Part shown: positions 1 to 11,023 of the stretch, piece after piece
How positions within the stretch are numbered: position 1 is the first letter of the stretch
Layout of the letters: each line of letters begins with the position of its first letter
DNA from: Pseudomonadota bacterium
GTDB lineage: Bacteria > Myxococcota_A > UBA9160 > PR03
Length of the DNA stretch: 64,000 bases
NCBI GenBank assembly: GCA_003576805.1
Contig: QEVM01000002.1
Location: 5,666 to 69,665, forward strand
Direction: 5' to 3'
Made by a program: the position numbers and the translations under genes
The notes under the pieces: model-generated
What the model was told of the DNA's origin: nothing
Database searches by the model: none
What the model saw: only the letters and a program-made list of their open reading frames with translations

Positions 1-76
1 TCGCGCGCGCGATGAGGTCGTCGGGCGTCTTGCCGGTCGCCTTCCGGATGTCGTCGAGATACGCCTGAAAGGTCAT
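1..76 (-). CDS. DUF4287-like protein, first 25 codons only (gene runs off the left edge)
   Basis: Reverse strand from ATG at 76 reads MTFQAYLDDIRKATGKTPDDLIARA, the typical N-terminus of DUF4287 proteins. It is absent from the ORF track because it is truncated. Confidence 0.5.
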   Translation of the reverse strand, partial: MTFQAYLDDIRKATGKTPDDLIARA

Positions 77-110
77 CGGGCCTCCGCGTCTTCCCGCGCG
101 CTAGATTGGA

Positions 111-124
111 TGTAGTCAACTACA
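111..124. promoter_or_regulatory. Candidate TetR operator: inverted repeat TGTAGT-ca-ACTACA abutting the tetR ATG
   Basis: Perfect 6-2-6 inverted repeat. It lies in the only AT-rich patch of the 48-bp divergent spacer between the DUF4287 start (76) and the tetR start (125). Confidence 0.35.
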
Positions 125-781
125 ATGAAGAAGTCAACCGGACGCAGGCGCCCGCGCCGCAAGTACGTGTCGGCGCTGCGCAGCGAGGCGGCCGACGCCA
201 CCAAGGCGCGCGTGCTCGGCGCCGCGCGCACGCTCTTCGTCCGCTCCGGCATCGACCGCGTCACGATCGCGCAGATCGCCGAGCGCGCCGGCGTCGCGGT
301 GTCGACCGTGTACGGGCTCTACAAGTCGAAGGAAGGGATCCTCCGCGCCCTGATGCGGGCGGCGCTGTTCGGCCCGCACTTCGAGGCCGCCATGGCGAAG
401 CTCGCCGGCGTCTCCGACCCGGCGGAGCAGATCGCGCTGACGGCGGAGGTGGCGCGCGCGGTGTACGAGGGCGAGAGCGCGGAGCTCGGGCTGCTGCGCG
501 GCGCGTCGGCGTTCTCGCCGGCGCTGCGCAAGCTGGAGCTCGAGTTCGAGCGCACGCGGCTCGAGATGCAAGAGGCGCGCGTGCGGCTGCTGTTCGCCCA
601 GCGCAAGCAGAGGCCGGGGCTCTCGCTCGACGAGGCGCGCCGCGTGCTGTGGATGTACACGAGCCGCGACGTCTACCGGATGCTCGTCCACGAGGGCGGC
701 TGGACGCCGGAGCGCTACCAGGCGTGGCTGGCGGAGACGCTGCTCGGCGCGCTGGTCGCCGACCGCTTCCAGCGGCGCTGA
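125..781 (+). CDS. TetR/AcrR family transcriptional regulator
   Basis: 218 aa. N-terminal HTH segment RVTIAQIAERAGVAVSTVYGLYKSKEGI is typical of TetR_N. Confidence 0.9.
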   Translation: MKKSTGRRRPRRKYVSALRSEAADATKARVLGAARTLFVRSGIDRVTIAQIAERAGVAVSTVYGLYKSKEGILRALMRAALFGPHFEAAMAKLAGVSDPAEQIALTAEVARAVYEGESAELGLLRGASAFSPALRKLELEFERTRLEMQEARVRLLFAQRKQRPGLSLDEARRVLWMYTSRDVYRMLVHEGGWTPERYQAWLAETLLGALVADRFQRR

Positions 782-823
782 CTCCGCCCGGCGTCGGACC
801 GCCTCGCCGGGCGCGGCGCGGCG

Positions 824-1744
824 TCAGTCGCCGCCGCCTTCCTCCAGCAGCGCGCGGCGCGCCTCGGCGAGCTCCGCCCGCTGCGCGTCGCTCACGGTCG
901 GGTAGGCGAGGTCGAGGCGCGCCAGCGTGTCGATCAGCGCCGCCGCGACGACGACGCGCGTGTACCACTTGTTGTCGGCGGGCACGACGTACCACGGCGC
1001 CCACTCGGTCGCGGTCTCGCGGATCATCTCCTCGTACGCGGCCATGTACTGCTTCCAGAAGCCGCGCTCGCGGGCGTCGCTCGCGGAGAACTTCCAGTTC
1101 TTGGCGGGGTCGTCGAGGCGCGCGAGGAAGCGCTTCTTCTGCTCCTTCTTGGAGACGTGCAGGAAGAACTTGCAGAAGGCGACGCCGTTGCGCGCCAGGT
1201 AGCGCTCGTGGTTGCGGATGTCCTCGTAGCGCTCCTCCCAGATCCGCTTGCCGACGAGCCGGGGCGGGATCTTCGCGCGCTCGAGCAGCTCCGGGTGCAC
1301 GCGGACGACGAGCACCTCCTCGTAGTAGGAGCGGTTGAAGATGCCGATGCGCCCGCGCTCGGGGACGTGCTTGTGCGTGCGCCAGAGGTAGTCGTGATCG
1401 AGGTCGATCGAGGTCGGCGCCTTGAAGGAGTAGACCTCGCAGCCCTGCGGGTTCACGCCCGACATCACGTGCTTGATCGCGCCGTCCTTGCCGGCCGCGT
1501 CCATCGCCTGGAACACGGCGAGCACGGCCCACTTGTCCTGCGCGTAGAGCTTGTCCTGCAGTGCGGCGAGCACGTCGATGCCGGTCTGCAGCGCGTCCTT
1601 GGCGCGCTCCTTGTCGTCCTGGTCGAGGTCGCCGGTGTCGCCCGGATCGACGTCGTCCAGGCGGAACGAGGCGCCGTCGCTGACGCGATACGGCTTGGCG
1701 AACGCGCGAGCGCGCTTCGGGACGTCTTCGTGCTCCAAGACCAT
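824..1744 (-). CDS. ppk2: Polyphosphate kinase 2 family (polyphosphate:nucleotide phosphotransferase)
   Basis: 306 aa. Carries the Walker-A-like FQAMDAAGKDGAIKHV, plus YLWRTHKHVPERGRIGIFNRSYYEEVLVVRVH and the DDPAKNWKFSASD lid motif, all characteristic of PPK2. Confidence 0.9.
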   Translation of the reverse strand: MVLEHEDVPKRARAFAKPYRVSDGASFRLDDVDPGDTGDLDQDDKERAKDALQTGIDVLAALQDKLYAQDKWAVLAVFQAMDAAGKDGAIKHVMSGVNPQGCEVYSFKAPTSIDLDHDYLWRTHKHVPERGRIGIFNRSYYEEVLVVRVHPELLERAKIPPRLVGKRIWEERYEDIRNHERYLARNGVAFCKFFLHVSKKEQKKRFLARLDDPAKNWKFSASDARERGFWKQYMAAYEEMIRETATEWAPWYVVPADNKWYTRVVVAAALIDTLARLDLAYPTVSDAQRAELAEARRALLEEGGGD

Positions 1745-1763
1745 GGGAACCTCCGGACGCCGT

Positions 1764-3185
1764 TCACGGCGCGAGCGGCAGAGGGATGGCAGGCGGGGCG
1801 GGGTACTGGTTCCAGCCGCCGCCGAGCGCGCGGTAGAGCGCGACGACGGCGAGCAGCTCGTCGCGCTGCGTCTGCGCGAGCGCGAACTCCGCCGGGTAGA
1901 GCTGCTGGAGCGCGTCGAGCACTTCGAGATAGTCCGAGAGGCCGCCGACGTAGCGCACCTTCGAGATGCGCACCGACTCGCGCAGCGCCGCGACCGCGCG
2001 CTCCTGCTGGACGCGCACGACGGCCAGCTTGTCGCGCGCCGTGAGCGCGTCCGAGACCTCGCCGAGCGCGTTCAGCACGGCGCCCTCGTAGGCGAAGCGC
2101 GCGGCGTCGGCGCCCGCCTGCGTGGACTCCCACGCGTACCAGGTCTGCCCGAAGGTGAGCAGCGGGCCGGCGGCCTGTCCCGCGAGCGACCAGATGCCGG
2201 TGCCCGATTCGAGTAGCGTCGAGAGCTCCGGGCTGACGCTGCCCCACAGCCCCGTGAGTCCGATGCGCGGGAAGAACTCGGCGAGCGCGGCGCCGATCTG
2301 GGCGTTCGCCGCGACGAGCGTCTGCTCGGCTTCGACGAGGTCGGGGCGGCGTTCGAGGAGCTGGGCCGGCACGCCGGCCGGGATCTCGGGCGGCGTGCTC
2401 TGCGCCTCGAGCGCGACGCCGCGCGCGATCGGGCCCGCGGGCCGGCCGAGCAGCAGCGAGAGCTCGTTCTCCTTCGCGACGATCGCCTGCTCGATCGCGG
2501 GAACCTCGGCCGCCGCCTGCGCGAGCGCGGCCTCCGCGCGCAGCGAGTCGAGCCGCGAGGTGACGCCGCCGAGGAACTGGCGCTCGAAGAGCTCGTAGGT
2601 CTCCTCGAACGAGCGGACCGAGTCGTGCGCGATCTCGAGCTCGCGGTCGAGCTCGCGCAGCTCGAAGTACGCGCGCGCCACCGCGGTGACGAGCGAGAGC
2701 ACGACGCCGCGCCGGCCGGCCTCGGTGGCGAGCATCTGCGCGCGCGCCGACTCCGTGCTGCGGCGGATACGGCCCCAGAGATCGATCTCCCACACGAAGT
2801 TCAGCGCGGCGAGGAAGGAGTCGGCGGTGCGCTGGCTGCCGTTGATCGCGCCCAGCGTCGTCCCCTTGCCGCGCGCGGCGTCGAACTCGCCGCCCACGCG
2901 CGGAAACAGCTCGCTGCGCGCGACGGCGGCGAGGTCGCGCGCCTGCTCGACGCGCGCCGCCGCGAGCAGGAGATCGCGGTTGGCGCCGAGCGCCTCGCGC
3001 ACGAGCGCGTCCAGCACGTCGTCGCGGAACACCTCGAACCACGGGAGATCGGCGATCGACGCGGCGTCGGCGCTCGCGTCGCGGAACGCGGGCGGCGTCG
3101 GCAGCTCGGGGCGCCGGTAGCTCGGTCCGATCGCGCACCCCGCCCCGAGCGCGAGCGCCAGCCACGCAGCCACGAATCGCTTCAC
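1764..3185 (-). CDS. RND efflux outer-membrane lipoprotein, NodT/OprM family
   Basis: Lies in the C-terminal part of ORF 1764..4760. GTG at 3185 gives VKRFVAAWLALALGAGCAIGPSYRRPELP (lipobox plus the NodT signature). The start overlaps the RND gene stop by 4 bp (GTGA). Confidence 0.85.
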   Translation of the reverse strand: MKRFVAAWLALALGAGCAIGPSYRRPELPTPPAFRDASADAASIADLPWFEVFRDDVLDALVREALGANRDLLLAAARVEQARDLAAVARSELFPRVGGEFDAARGKGTTLGAINGSQRTADSFLAALNFVWEIDLWGRIRRSTESARAQMLATEAGRRGVVLSLVTAVARAYFELRELDRELEIAHDSVRSFEETYELFERQFLGGVTSRLDSLRAEAALAQAAAEVPAIEQAIVAKENELSLLLGRPAGPIARGVALEAQSTPPEIPAGVPAQLLERRPDLVEAEQTLVAANAQIGAALAEFFPRIGLTGLWGSVSPELSTLLESGTGIWSLAGQAAGPLLTFGQTWYAWESTQAGADAARFAYEGAVLNALGEVSDALTARDKLAVVRVQQERAVAALRESVRISKVRYVGGLSDYLEVLDALQQLYPAEFALAQTQRDELLAVVALYRALGGGWNQYPAPPAIPLPLAP

Positions 3186-6100
3186 TCGCGGCCTCCCGCG
3201 ACGGGCGCGGGCGCCGGGCCGGCGGGTGGGGCCGGCGCCGGCTGCGCGTGCGCCTCGCCGTGGCCGGTGAGCCGCTCGATCACGGTGAAGAGCACCGGCA
3301 CGAGGAAGATCCCGAGCAGCGTCGCGACGAGCATGCCCATGATCACCGCGATGCCCATCTGCTGGCGCGAGACGGCGCCGGCGCCCGACGCGATCGCGAG
3401 CGGCACGCAGCCGAGGATGAACGCGAACGACGTCATCAGGATCGGCCGCAGCCGCAGGCGCGCGCCGCTCAGCGCGGCCTCGACGAGCGGCTTGCCCGAC
3501 TCGAGCTCGAGCTTGGCGAACTCGACGATCAGGATGGCGTTCTTGGCGGCGAGGCCGATCAGCATGACGAGGCCGATCTGGCCGAACACGTTCACCTCGA
3601 AGTCGCGCAGAAAGAGCCCGAGGAAGGCGCCGAGCACGGCGAGCGGCGTACCGAGCAGCACCGAGAAGGGCAGCGACCAGCTCTCGTACTGCGCGGCCAG
3701 GATCAGGAACACCATCACGATGGCGAGCACGAAGACGGTCGCGCCGCCGGCCGCGTTCTTCTCCTGGTACGACATGGCGTTCCAGGCGTATCCCATCTCG
3801 GCGGGCAGCACCTGGCTCGCCACCTCCTCGATCGCGGCCATCGCCTGCCCCGAGCTGTAGCCGGGCGCGGGCGAGCCGGTGACCTCGGCCGCGCGGTAGA
3901 GGTTGAAGCGCGTGGTGAACTCGGGACCGCCCACGTCGCGCGACTCCACCAGCGTCGAGAGCGGCACCATGTCGAGGTCGGCGTTGCGCACGTAGAACGC
4001 GCCGATGTCTTCGGCGCGGCGCCGGTACTCGGGCTCGGCCTGGAGGAACACCTTCCACTGGCGGCCGAAGCGGTTGAAGTCGTTGACGTAGGCGCCGCCC
4101 ATGAAGGCTTGCAGCGTCGAGTACACGCTTCGCAGGTCGACGCCCTGCTTGAGCGCCTTGTCGCGATCCACTTCGGCGTAGATCTGCGGCACCGACGCGC
4201 GGAACGGGCTGAACGCGGTCGCGATCTCGGGACGTTCGCGCAGCGCCTGCAGGAACGCGTCGAGATTGCGCGCCAGCGCCTCGACCGAGCCGCCGCTGCG
4301 GTCCTGGAGCATCACCGAGAAGCCGCCGCCCGTGCCGATGCCCTGGATGGGCGGCGGCAGGAACGCGAAGACCTGCGCGCCCGGGATCGCGGCGAGGCGG
4401 CGGTTCAGCGTGGCGAGGATCGCCTTGAAGCCGGTCTCGGGCGTGGTGCGCTCGTGCCACGGCTCGAGCGACACGAAGAAGAACGCGTTGTAGGTCGCCG
4501 AGCTCTGCGAGATCAGGCTGTAGCCGGCGATCGTGTTGTAGGCGCCGACGCCCTCGGTGTCGGCGAGGATCGCCTCGACCTGCTTGCACACCGCGTCCGT
4601 GCGCTCCATCGACGCCGCGTCGGGGAGCTGCACGTTGACGAAGAGGTAGCCCTGGTCCTCGTCGGGGACGAAGCCGGTGGGGAGCTTCCAGCCGAGCAGC
4701 CCGGCGGCGGCGGTCAGCGCGACGAGGCCGACGAGCGACCGCCCGGCGCGCCGCACGCACACGCCGGTCACGCCGACGTAGCCGTTGGTGGCACGGTCGA
4801 AGACGCGGTTGAAGGCCGCGAAGAAGCGGCCGAGCAGGCCCGTCGACGCGGCGGCGGGCTTCAGCAGCAGCGAGCAGAGCGCCGGCGAGAGCGTCAGCGC
4901 GTTGATCGCGGAGATGATCACGGAGATCGCGATGGTGAGCGCGAACTGCTGGTACATGCGCCCGGTGATGCCGGGCACGAACGCGACCGGCACGAACACG
5001 GCGGACAGCACCAGCGCGATCGCGATCACCGGCCCGCCCACCTCCTTCATCGCCCGGTTGGTCGCCTCGCGCGGACTCATGCCGTGCTCGATGTGGTGCT
5101 GCACCGCCTCCACGACGACGATCGCGTCGTCCACGACCAGGCCGATCGCGAGCACCAGCCCGAACAGCGAGAGCGTGTTGATCGAGAAGCCGAGCAGCGG
5201 GAAGACCGCGAAGGCGCCCACCAGCGAGACCGGCACCGCGATCAGCGGGATCAGCGTCGCGCGCCAGCTCTGCAGGAACAGGAAGACGACGAGGATCACG
5301 AGGATCATCGCCTCGTAGAGCGTGTGGCCGATCTCGACGATGCCCTCGGAGACGGCGAGCGTCGTGTCGAGCGAGGTGGCGTAGTCGAGGTCCTGCGGGA
5401 AGCGCGCCTTCGCTTCTTCCATGGTGCGCTTCAGGCCCTCGGCGACCTCGAGCGCGTTCGAGCCGGGGATCTGGTACGTGGCGACGATCGCGGCGGGCTT
5501 GCCGTCGAGCCGGCCGCGCTGGTTGTAGTTGAGCGCGCCGAGCTCGATGCGGGCGACGTCGCGCAGGCGGACCTGCGCGCCGCTCGGGTCGGAGCGCACG
5601 ACGATCGCGCCGAACTCCTCGGCGGACACGAGGCGGCCCTGCGCGCGGACGCTCCAGGTGAACTCCTGGCCCGCCGGCGCCGGCTCGCCGCCGATCTTGC
5701 CCGACGGGTTCACGGTGTTCTGCTTCTGGATGGCGTCGATCAGGTCCGGCACGGTGAGGCCGAGGCTCGTCAGCTGATCGGGCTTCACCCAGATGCGCAT
5801 CGCGTAGTCGCTGGTGCCGAAGATCACGACGTCGCCGACGCCGGGCACGCGCTTGAGCGCGTCCACGATGTTGATGTTCGCGTAGTTGCCGAGGAACTGA
5901 TCGCCGTAGCTGCCGTTCGGCGAGTAGAGCGAGAAGAGCAGCAGCGGGCTCGACGTGGACTTCTTCACCGTGACGCCGAAGTTGCGCACGTCCGGCGGCA
6001 GGCTCGCGGACGCCTGGTTCACGCGGTTCTGGACGAGCACGTTGTCCATGTCGATGTTCGTCTCGACTTCGAACGAGACGCGCAACGTCATGGTGCCGTC

Positions 6101-6382
6101 GTTGGCGTTCACCGAGCGCAGGTAGATCATGTAGTCGACGCCGTTGACCTGCTGCTCGATCGGCGTCGCCACCGACTGCTCGATGGTGAGCGCGTCGGCC
6201 CCGGTGTAGGTGGCGGAGACCTGGATCTCGGGCGGGACGATCTCGGGGAACTGCGCGATCGGCAGCCCGCCCATCGCGACGAGCCCGCCGATCACGGTCA
6301 CGATCGAGATCACGATCGCGACGATGGGGCGGCGGACGAAGAAGTAGTCGGCGCTCGCGGGCGGGGCGGGCTCGTGCGCCAA
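3182..6382 (-). CDS. RND multidrug efflux permease, HAE1/AcrB family
   Basis: 1066 aa. Begins FFVRRPIVAIVISIVTVIGGLVAMGGLPIAQFPEI and has the 12-TM AcrB architecture with two large periplasmic loops. TTG start. Confidence 0.95.
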   Translation of the reverse strand: MAHEPAPPASADYFFVRRPIVAIVISIVTVIGGLVAMGGLPIAQFPEIVPPEIQVSATYTGADALTIEQSVATPIEQQVNGVDYMIYLRSVNANDGTMTLRVSFEVETNIDMDNVLVQNRVNQASASLPPDVRNFGVTVKKSTSSPLLLFSLYSPNGSYGDQFLGNYANINIVDALKRVPGVGDVVIFGTSDYAMRIWVKPDQLTSLGLTVPDLIDAIQKQNTVNPSGKIGGEPAPAGQEFTWSVRAQGRLVSAEEFGAIVVRSDPSGAQVRLRDVARIELGALNYNQRGRLDGKPAAIVATYQIPGSNALEVAEGLKRTMEEAKARFPQDLDYATSLDTTLAVSEGIVEIGHTLYEAMILVILVVFLFLQSWRATLIPLIAVPVSLVGAFAVFPLLGFSINTLSLFGLVLAIGLVVDDAIVVVEAVQHHIEHGMSPREATNRAMKEVGGPVIAIALVLSAVFVPVAFVPGITGRMYQQFALTIAISVIISAINALTLSPALCSLLLKPAAASTGLLGRFFAAFNRVFDRATNGYVGVTGVCVRRAGRSLVGLVALTAAAGLLGWKLPTGFVPDEDQGYLFVNVQLPDAASMERTDAVCKQVEAILADTEGVGAYNTIAGYSLISQSSATYNAFFFVSLEPWHERTTPETGFKAILATLNRRLAAIPGAQVFAFLPPPIQGIGTGGGFSVMLQDRSGGSVEALARNLDAFLQALRERPEIATAFSPFRASVPQIYAEVDRDKALKQGVDLRSVYSTLQAFMGGAYVNDFNRFGRQWKVFLQAEPEYRRRAEDIGAFYVRNADLDMVPLSTLVESRDVGGPEFTTRFNLYRAAEVTGSPAPGYSSGQAMAAIEEVASQVLPAEMGYAWNAMSYQEKNAAGGATVFVLAIVMVFLILAAQYESWSLPFSVLLGTPLAVLGAFLGLFLRDFEVNVFGQIGLVMLIGLAAKNAILIVEFAKLELESGKPLVEAALSGARLRLRPILMTSFAFILGCVPLAIASGAGAVSRQQMGIAVIMGMLVATLLGIFLVPVLFTVIERLTGHGEAHAQPAPAPPAGPAPAPVAGGRE

Positions 6383-6386
6383 GCGG

Positions 6387-7607
6387 CTATCCCTGCGGCG
6401 CCGCAGCGGCCGCGGCGGTCTTGGGATTCACGACGACGCCGTCGCGCACCTTCTGGAGGCCCTCCACGACGATCCGGTCGCCGGGCGCGAGCCCCTTCTC
6501 GATGATCTGCAGGCTCTCGAAGCGCGGGCCGGGCTCGACCACGCGCATCGCGATCTTGTCGTCGGGCCCGACGAGCGCGACCTGGTGGACGCCCTGCATC
6601 TCGGCGACGGCGCGTTGCGGGACGAGCAGGGCGCCTTTGCGGAGCTCGGTGACGACGCGCACGCGCGCGTACTGGCCGGGGCGCAGCAGGAAGTCGGGGT
6701 TCGGGAACTCCGCGCGCACCTGGATCGTTCCGGTGCTCGGGTCGATGCCCTGCGAGGCGGGCACGCTGAAGCCCCGGTGCGGCCACGTGCTGCCGTCCGC
6801 GAGCAGCAGCTCGACCGAGGCGCCTCCGTCGCCGCGCGCCGCGTTCGCGCCGCCGTCGATGCGCTTGCGGAACGCTTCGGCGAAGCGGAGGTACTCGCGC
6901 TCGGAGAGCGGGAAGCGCACGCGGATGGGATCGACCTGCGAAACCGACGTCAGCGGCTGCGGATCGGTCGGGCCGACCAGATTGCCGAGCTGGGCGCGCG
7001 CGATGCCCGCGATGCCGTCGATCGGCGATCGCACCTCGGTGTAGCCGAGGTCGACCTGGGCGCTGTCCACGGCGGCCTGCGCCGCCTGCACCAGCGCCTC
7101 GTTCGCGCGCAGCGACTGGATCGCGTTGTCGAGCTCCTGGCGGCTGACCGCGCCCTCGCGCGCGAGCGGCGTGTACCGGTCGACGTCGAGCCGCGACTTC
7201 GCGAGCGCGGCGCGTGCGCGCCCGAGGTCGCCGCGCGCCTGGTCGAGCGCGGCGCGCGCGCTGCGCGGGTCGACGCGGAACAGCACGTCGCCCTTCTTCA
7301 CGATCGTGCCCTCGGCGTACTCGCGCGCGATCAGATAGCCCGGCACCTGCGCGCGGATCTCCGCGTCGACCGCGCCCTCGGTGGTGCCGATCCACTCCGA
7401 AGTGATCGGGACGTCGCGCTGGACGACCGGCGCGACGACGACGTCGACCGGCGGCGGCGGCGGCGCCGCAGGCTCGCCGCAGGCCCAGAGCGCCGACGCT
7501 GCGCCGATCGCGGCGCAGGCAGCCCGCACGCGCTCGTGGAGCCGCGGACGCGGTGCCGCTCCGGTCGCTCCGGTCGCCACGCTCGCCACGCGCCCTCCTC
7601 GCACCAC
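6387..7607 (-). CDS. RND efflux periplasmic adaptor (membrane fusion protein)
   Basis: 406-aa ORF. Has the lipoprotein-like AASALWACGEP, coiled-coil and lipoyl/beta-barrel motifs (GYLIAREYAEGTIVKKGDVLFRVD, VRSPIDGIAG). It ends 4 bp before the RND gene. The true start is probably downstream of 7607. Confidence 0.85.
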   Translation of the reverse strand: MVRGGRVASVATGATGAAPRPRLHERVRAACAAIGAASALWACGEPAAPPPPPVDVVVAPVVQRDVPITSEWIGTTEGAVDAEIRAQVPGYLIAREYAEGTIVKKGDVLFRVDPRSARAALDQARGDLGRARAALAKSRLDVDRYTPLAREGAVSRQELDNAIQSLRANEALVQAAQAAVDSAQVDLGYTEVRSPIDGIAGIARAQLGNLVGPTDPQPLTSVSQVDPIRVRFPLSEREYLRFAEAFRKRIDGGANAARGDGGASVELLLADGSTWPHRGFSVPASQGIDPSTGTIQVRAEFPNPDFLLRPGQYARVRVVTELRKGALLVPQRAVAEMQGVHQVALVGPDDKIAMRVVEPGPRFESLQIIEKGLAPGDRIVVEGLQKVRDGVVVNPKTAAAAAAPQG

Positions 7608-7784
7608 TGTGCGGTGAAGCGCGCATCATAAGGCCGGCGCGGCGCCGACCCAAGGGCGGAAGTCCCGGCGCGGCCCGCCCGCTTCTTGGGCAGCGCTGCG
7701 CGGCGCGCGAGCACGCTTCGACGCACGACGCAGCGGTGTCGCGCGCGAAACGGCGCATCCGGCGCGGCCGACGCATGCGCGCGA

Positions 7785-7800
7785 CGGCACGGCCGTTGCT
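7785..7800 (+). promoter_or_regulatory. Sigma-54 (-24/-12) type promoter upstream of amtB-glnK
   Basis: cGGCACggccgTTGCt at 7785-7800 matches TGGCAC-N5-TTGC with exact GG-to-GC spacing. It lies about 140 bp upstream of the amtB ATG. Confidence 0.5.
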
Positions 7801-7912
7801 TTGTCGTCGCGGCACGGGACTCGAACCCGGCGCGTCCGCCGTCGAGGCAGAAGGCGGCCGCTCGGGAGAGGGCGCGCGTGACGTCCACGGCGTCCGAGGC
7901 ACGAAGGCATGA

Positions 7913-9676
<1,764 letters not shown>

Positions 9677-9731
9677 GCGCTGCGATGGGTCGCGCGCCGT
9701 CCGGCACCACAGTACGGCGCGCGGAGGGGAA

Positions 9732-9764
9732 GGGCCGGCGATCGTCCTCGGCGGTCGCCGGCCC
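9732..9764. terminator. GC-rich hairpin between the convergent glnK and lipoprotein genes (possible bidirectional terminator)
   Basis: GGGCCGGCGA-13 nt-TCGCCGGCCC, a perfect 10-bp stem. There is no U-tract, so the assignment is tentative. Confidence 0.4.
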
Positions 9765-9783
9765 GATCTCGTTCGGGCCCTCG

Positions 9784-10650
9784 CTACAGCCCGAAGAGCG
9801 CGAGCCGCGACTCGACCTCGCCCAGCACGGCCGCGCCCCCCGTCGCGCCCGCGAGCGGCTGGAGCTTGCCGTCGGTGCGCAGCACCAGCGCGCCGCCTTC
9901 GAAGACCCAGCCCATCGACGGCGAACGCACCCAGAACAGCTCGCCGTCGCGGAAGTAGTAGGACGCGCTGCGGCCGAGTCCGCTGGTGTCCGCCGCGACC
10001 AGCTTCACGGGCCGCTCGCCGTCCACCCAGAGCTGCAGGCGCTCGGCGCCCTGCACCACCTCGCGCATGTCGAAGCGGTCGAGGCGCGTGTCGATCGCGC
10101 GCGCCTCTTGGCGCACCGCCGCGACGCGCGGGTCGAGGCCCGGCGGGTCCGGGTCGGGCGCGAGCACGCGGCCCGCCGAGACGGCCGCGGCGTCGGTGAC
10201 GCGGTCGAGCAGGATCTCCACGCGGCTCGGGTTGCCCGCGGTCAGCACGCGCACGTCGAACGGGCTCGCGAACCACAGCTCGCCGTCGGCGCGGATGCGC
10301 GCGCGCAGCGCGTAGGTGCGGCTCGCGTCGATCGAGCGCGGGTCGTACGGCAACGAGAAGGCGATCGGCGGCGGGCCGGGCTGGTCCATCAGGCGTTCGG
10401 CGACGAGCGGCTCCTGCTCGCCGTCGTCGCGCAGCTCGACGAGCTGGATCTCGACGCGCGCGCTCGGCGGCAGCGCGATCGGCTCGCGGTACACGAGCGT
10501 CCCGGTCAGGTGCGCGGCGTCGCGCGGCGCGCGCGACGACGACGCGCAGCCCGCGAGCGCCAGCGCGAGCGAGAGGGCCGCCGCGAGCGCGACCGGCCGG
10601 GCGATGCGCGCGGCCGTGTGGTCCGCGCAGCGAGCTTCGATGCCATCCAC
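9784..10650 (-). CDS. Lipoprotein with an N-terminal YbaY-like domain and an uncharacterised C-terminal half
   Basis: Lipobox LALALAGC. The segment LTGTLVYREPIALPPSARVEIQLVEL...IAFSLPYDPRSIDASRTYALRARIRADGELWF parallels the E. coli YbaY pattern. Confidence 0.55.
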   Translation of the reverse strand: MDGIEARCADHTAARIARPVALAAALSLALALAGCASSSRAPRDAAHLTGTLVYREPIALPPSARVEIQLVELRDDGEQEPLVAERLMDQPGPPPIAFSLPYDPRSIDASRTYALRARIRADGELWFASPFDVRVLTAGNPSRVEILLDRVTDAAAVSAGRVLAPDPDPPGLDPRVAAVRQEARAIDTRLDRFDMREVVQGAERLQLWVDGERPVKLVAADTSGLGRSASYYFRDGELFWVRSPSMGWVFEGGALVLRTDGKLQPLAGATGGAAVLGEVESRLALFGL

Positions 10651-10708
10651 CGCAACCGCCTCCTGTCCGTCGAACGGGCGCGCAGAGTAGCGGGAACGCC
10701 GCCGCGAC

Positions 10709-11011
10709 TCAGCGCACGGGACCGACCGACGACACCTCGTACCGCTGGATCGCGATGCGCCGCACGCCGAAGCCCGCGACGGCCCGCTGGAACGCGGCCA
10801 TGTGCGGCGCGGCGAAGTGGGCGTCGAGCGCCTGCTGCGACTCCCACTCCTCGAAGATGCGGAAGCGGCCCGGCTCGGCGAGGTCGGCCGAGAACGCGTA
10901 GCTGATGCAGCCGGGCTCGCCGCGCGTCGCCTCCATCATGCGCACGGCGGCGGCGACGGCGCCGTCGCGGTGCGCGGGGTCGATGTCGATCTCGCCGGCG
11001 ACCACGATCAC
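10709..11011 (-). CDS. Antibiotic-biosynthesis-monooxygenase (ABM) domain protein, YgiN-like
   Basis: 100 aa. EPGCISYAFSADLAEPGRFRIFEEWESQQALDAHFAAPHMAAF is a typical ABM ferredoxin-like fold signature. Confidence 0.75.
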   Translation of the reverse strand: MIVVAGEIDIDPAHRDGAVAAAVRMMEATRGEPGCISYAFSADLAEPGRFRIFEEWESQQALDAHFAAPHMAAFQRAVAGFGVRRIAIQRYEVSSVGPVR

Positions 11012-11023
11012 GGCGCGCTCCTC

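Noticed and set aside
3248-6505. 1085-aa ORF on the plus strand, antisense to the RND permease. The same applies to similar giant ORFs such as 1764..4760 (upstream part), 10506..12800, 21275..23527, 23161..26430, 35791..38904 (upstream part), 41175..43622 (upstream part), 43630..46092 (upstream part), 53433..57914 and 53612..55954.
   Set aside because: Their translations are Arg/Ala/Gly/Pro/Asp-rich low-complexity strings with no recognisable motifs. That is typical of stop-poor alternative frames in very GC-rich DNA. In every case the opposite or shifted frame encodes a protein with clear family signatures.
7807-7863. tRNA-like signal: GGGACTCGAACCC is the reverse complement of a GGGTTCGAGTCCC T-arm.
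   Set aside because: The flanking sequence cannot form a cloverleaf. The T-stem has a mismatch, the putative anticodon hairpin has a 12-nt loop, and the acceptor complement lies only ~57 nt away and mismatches at 2 of 7 positions. I treat it as chance or a decayed fragment inside the amtB leader.
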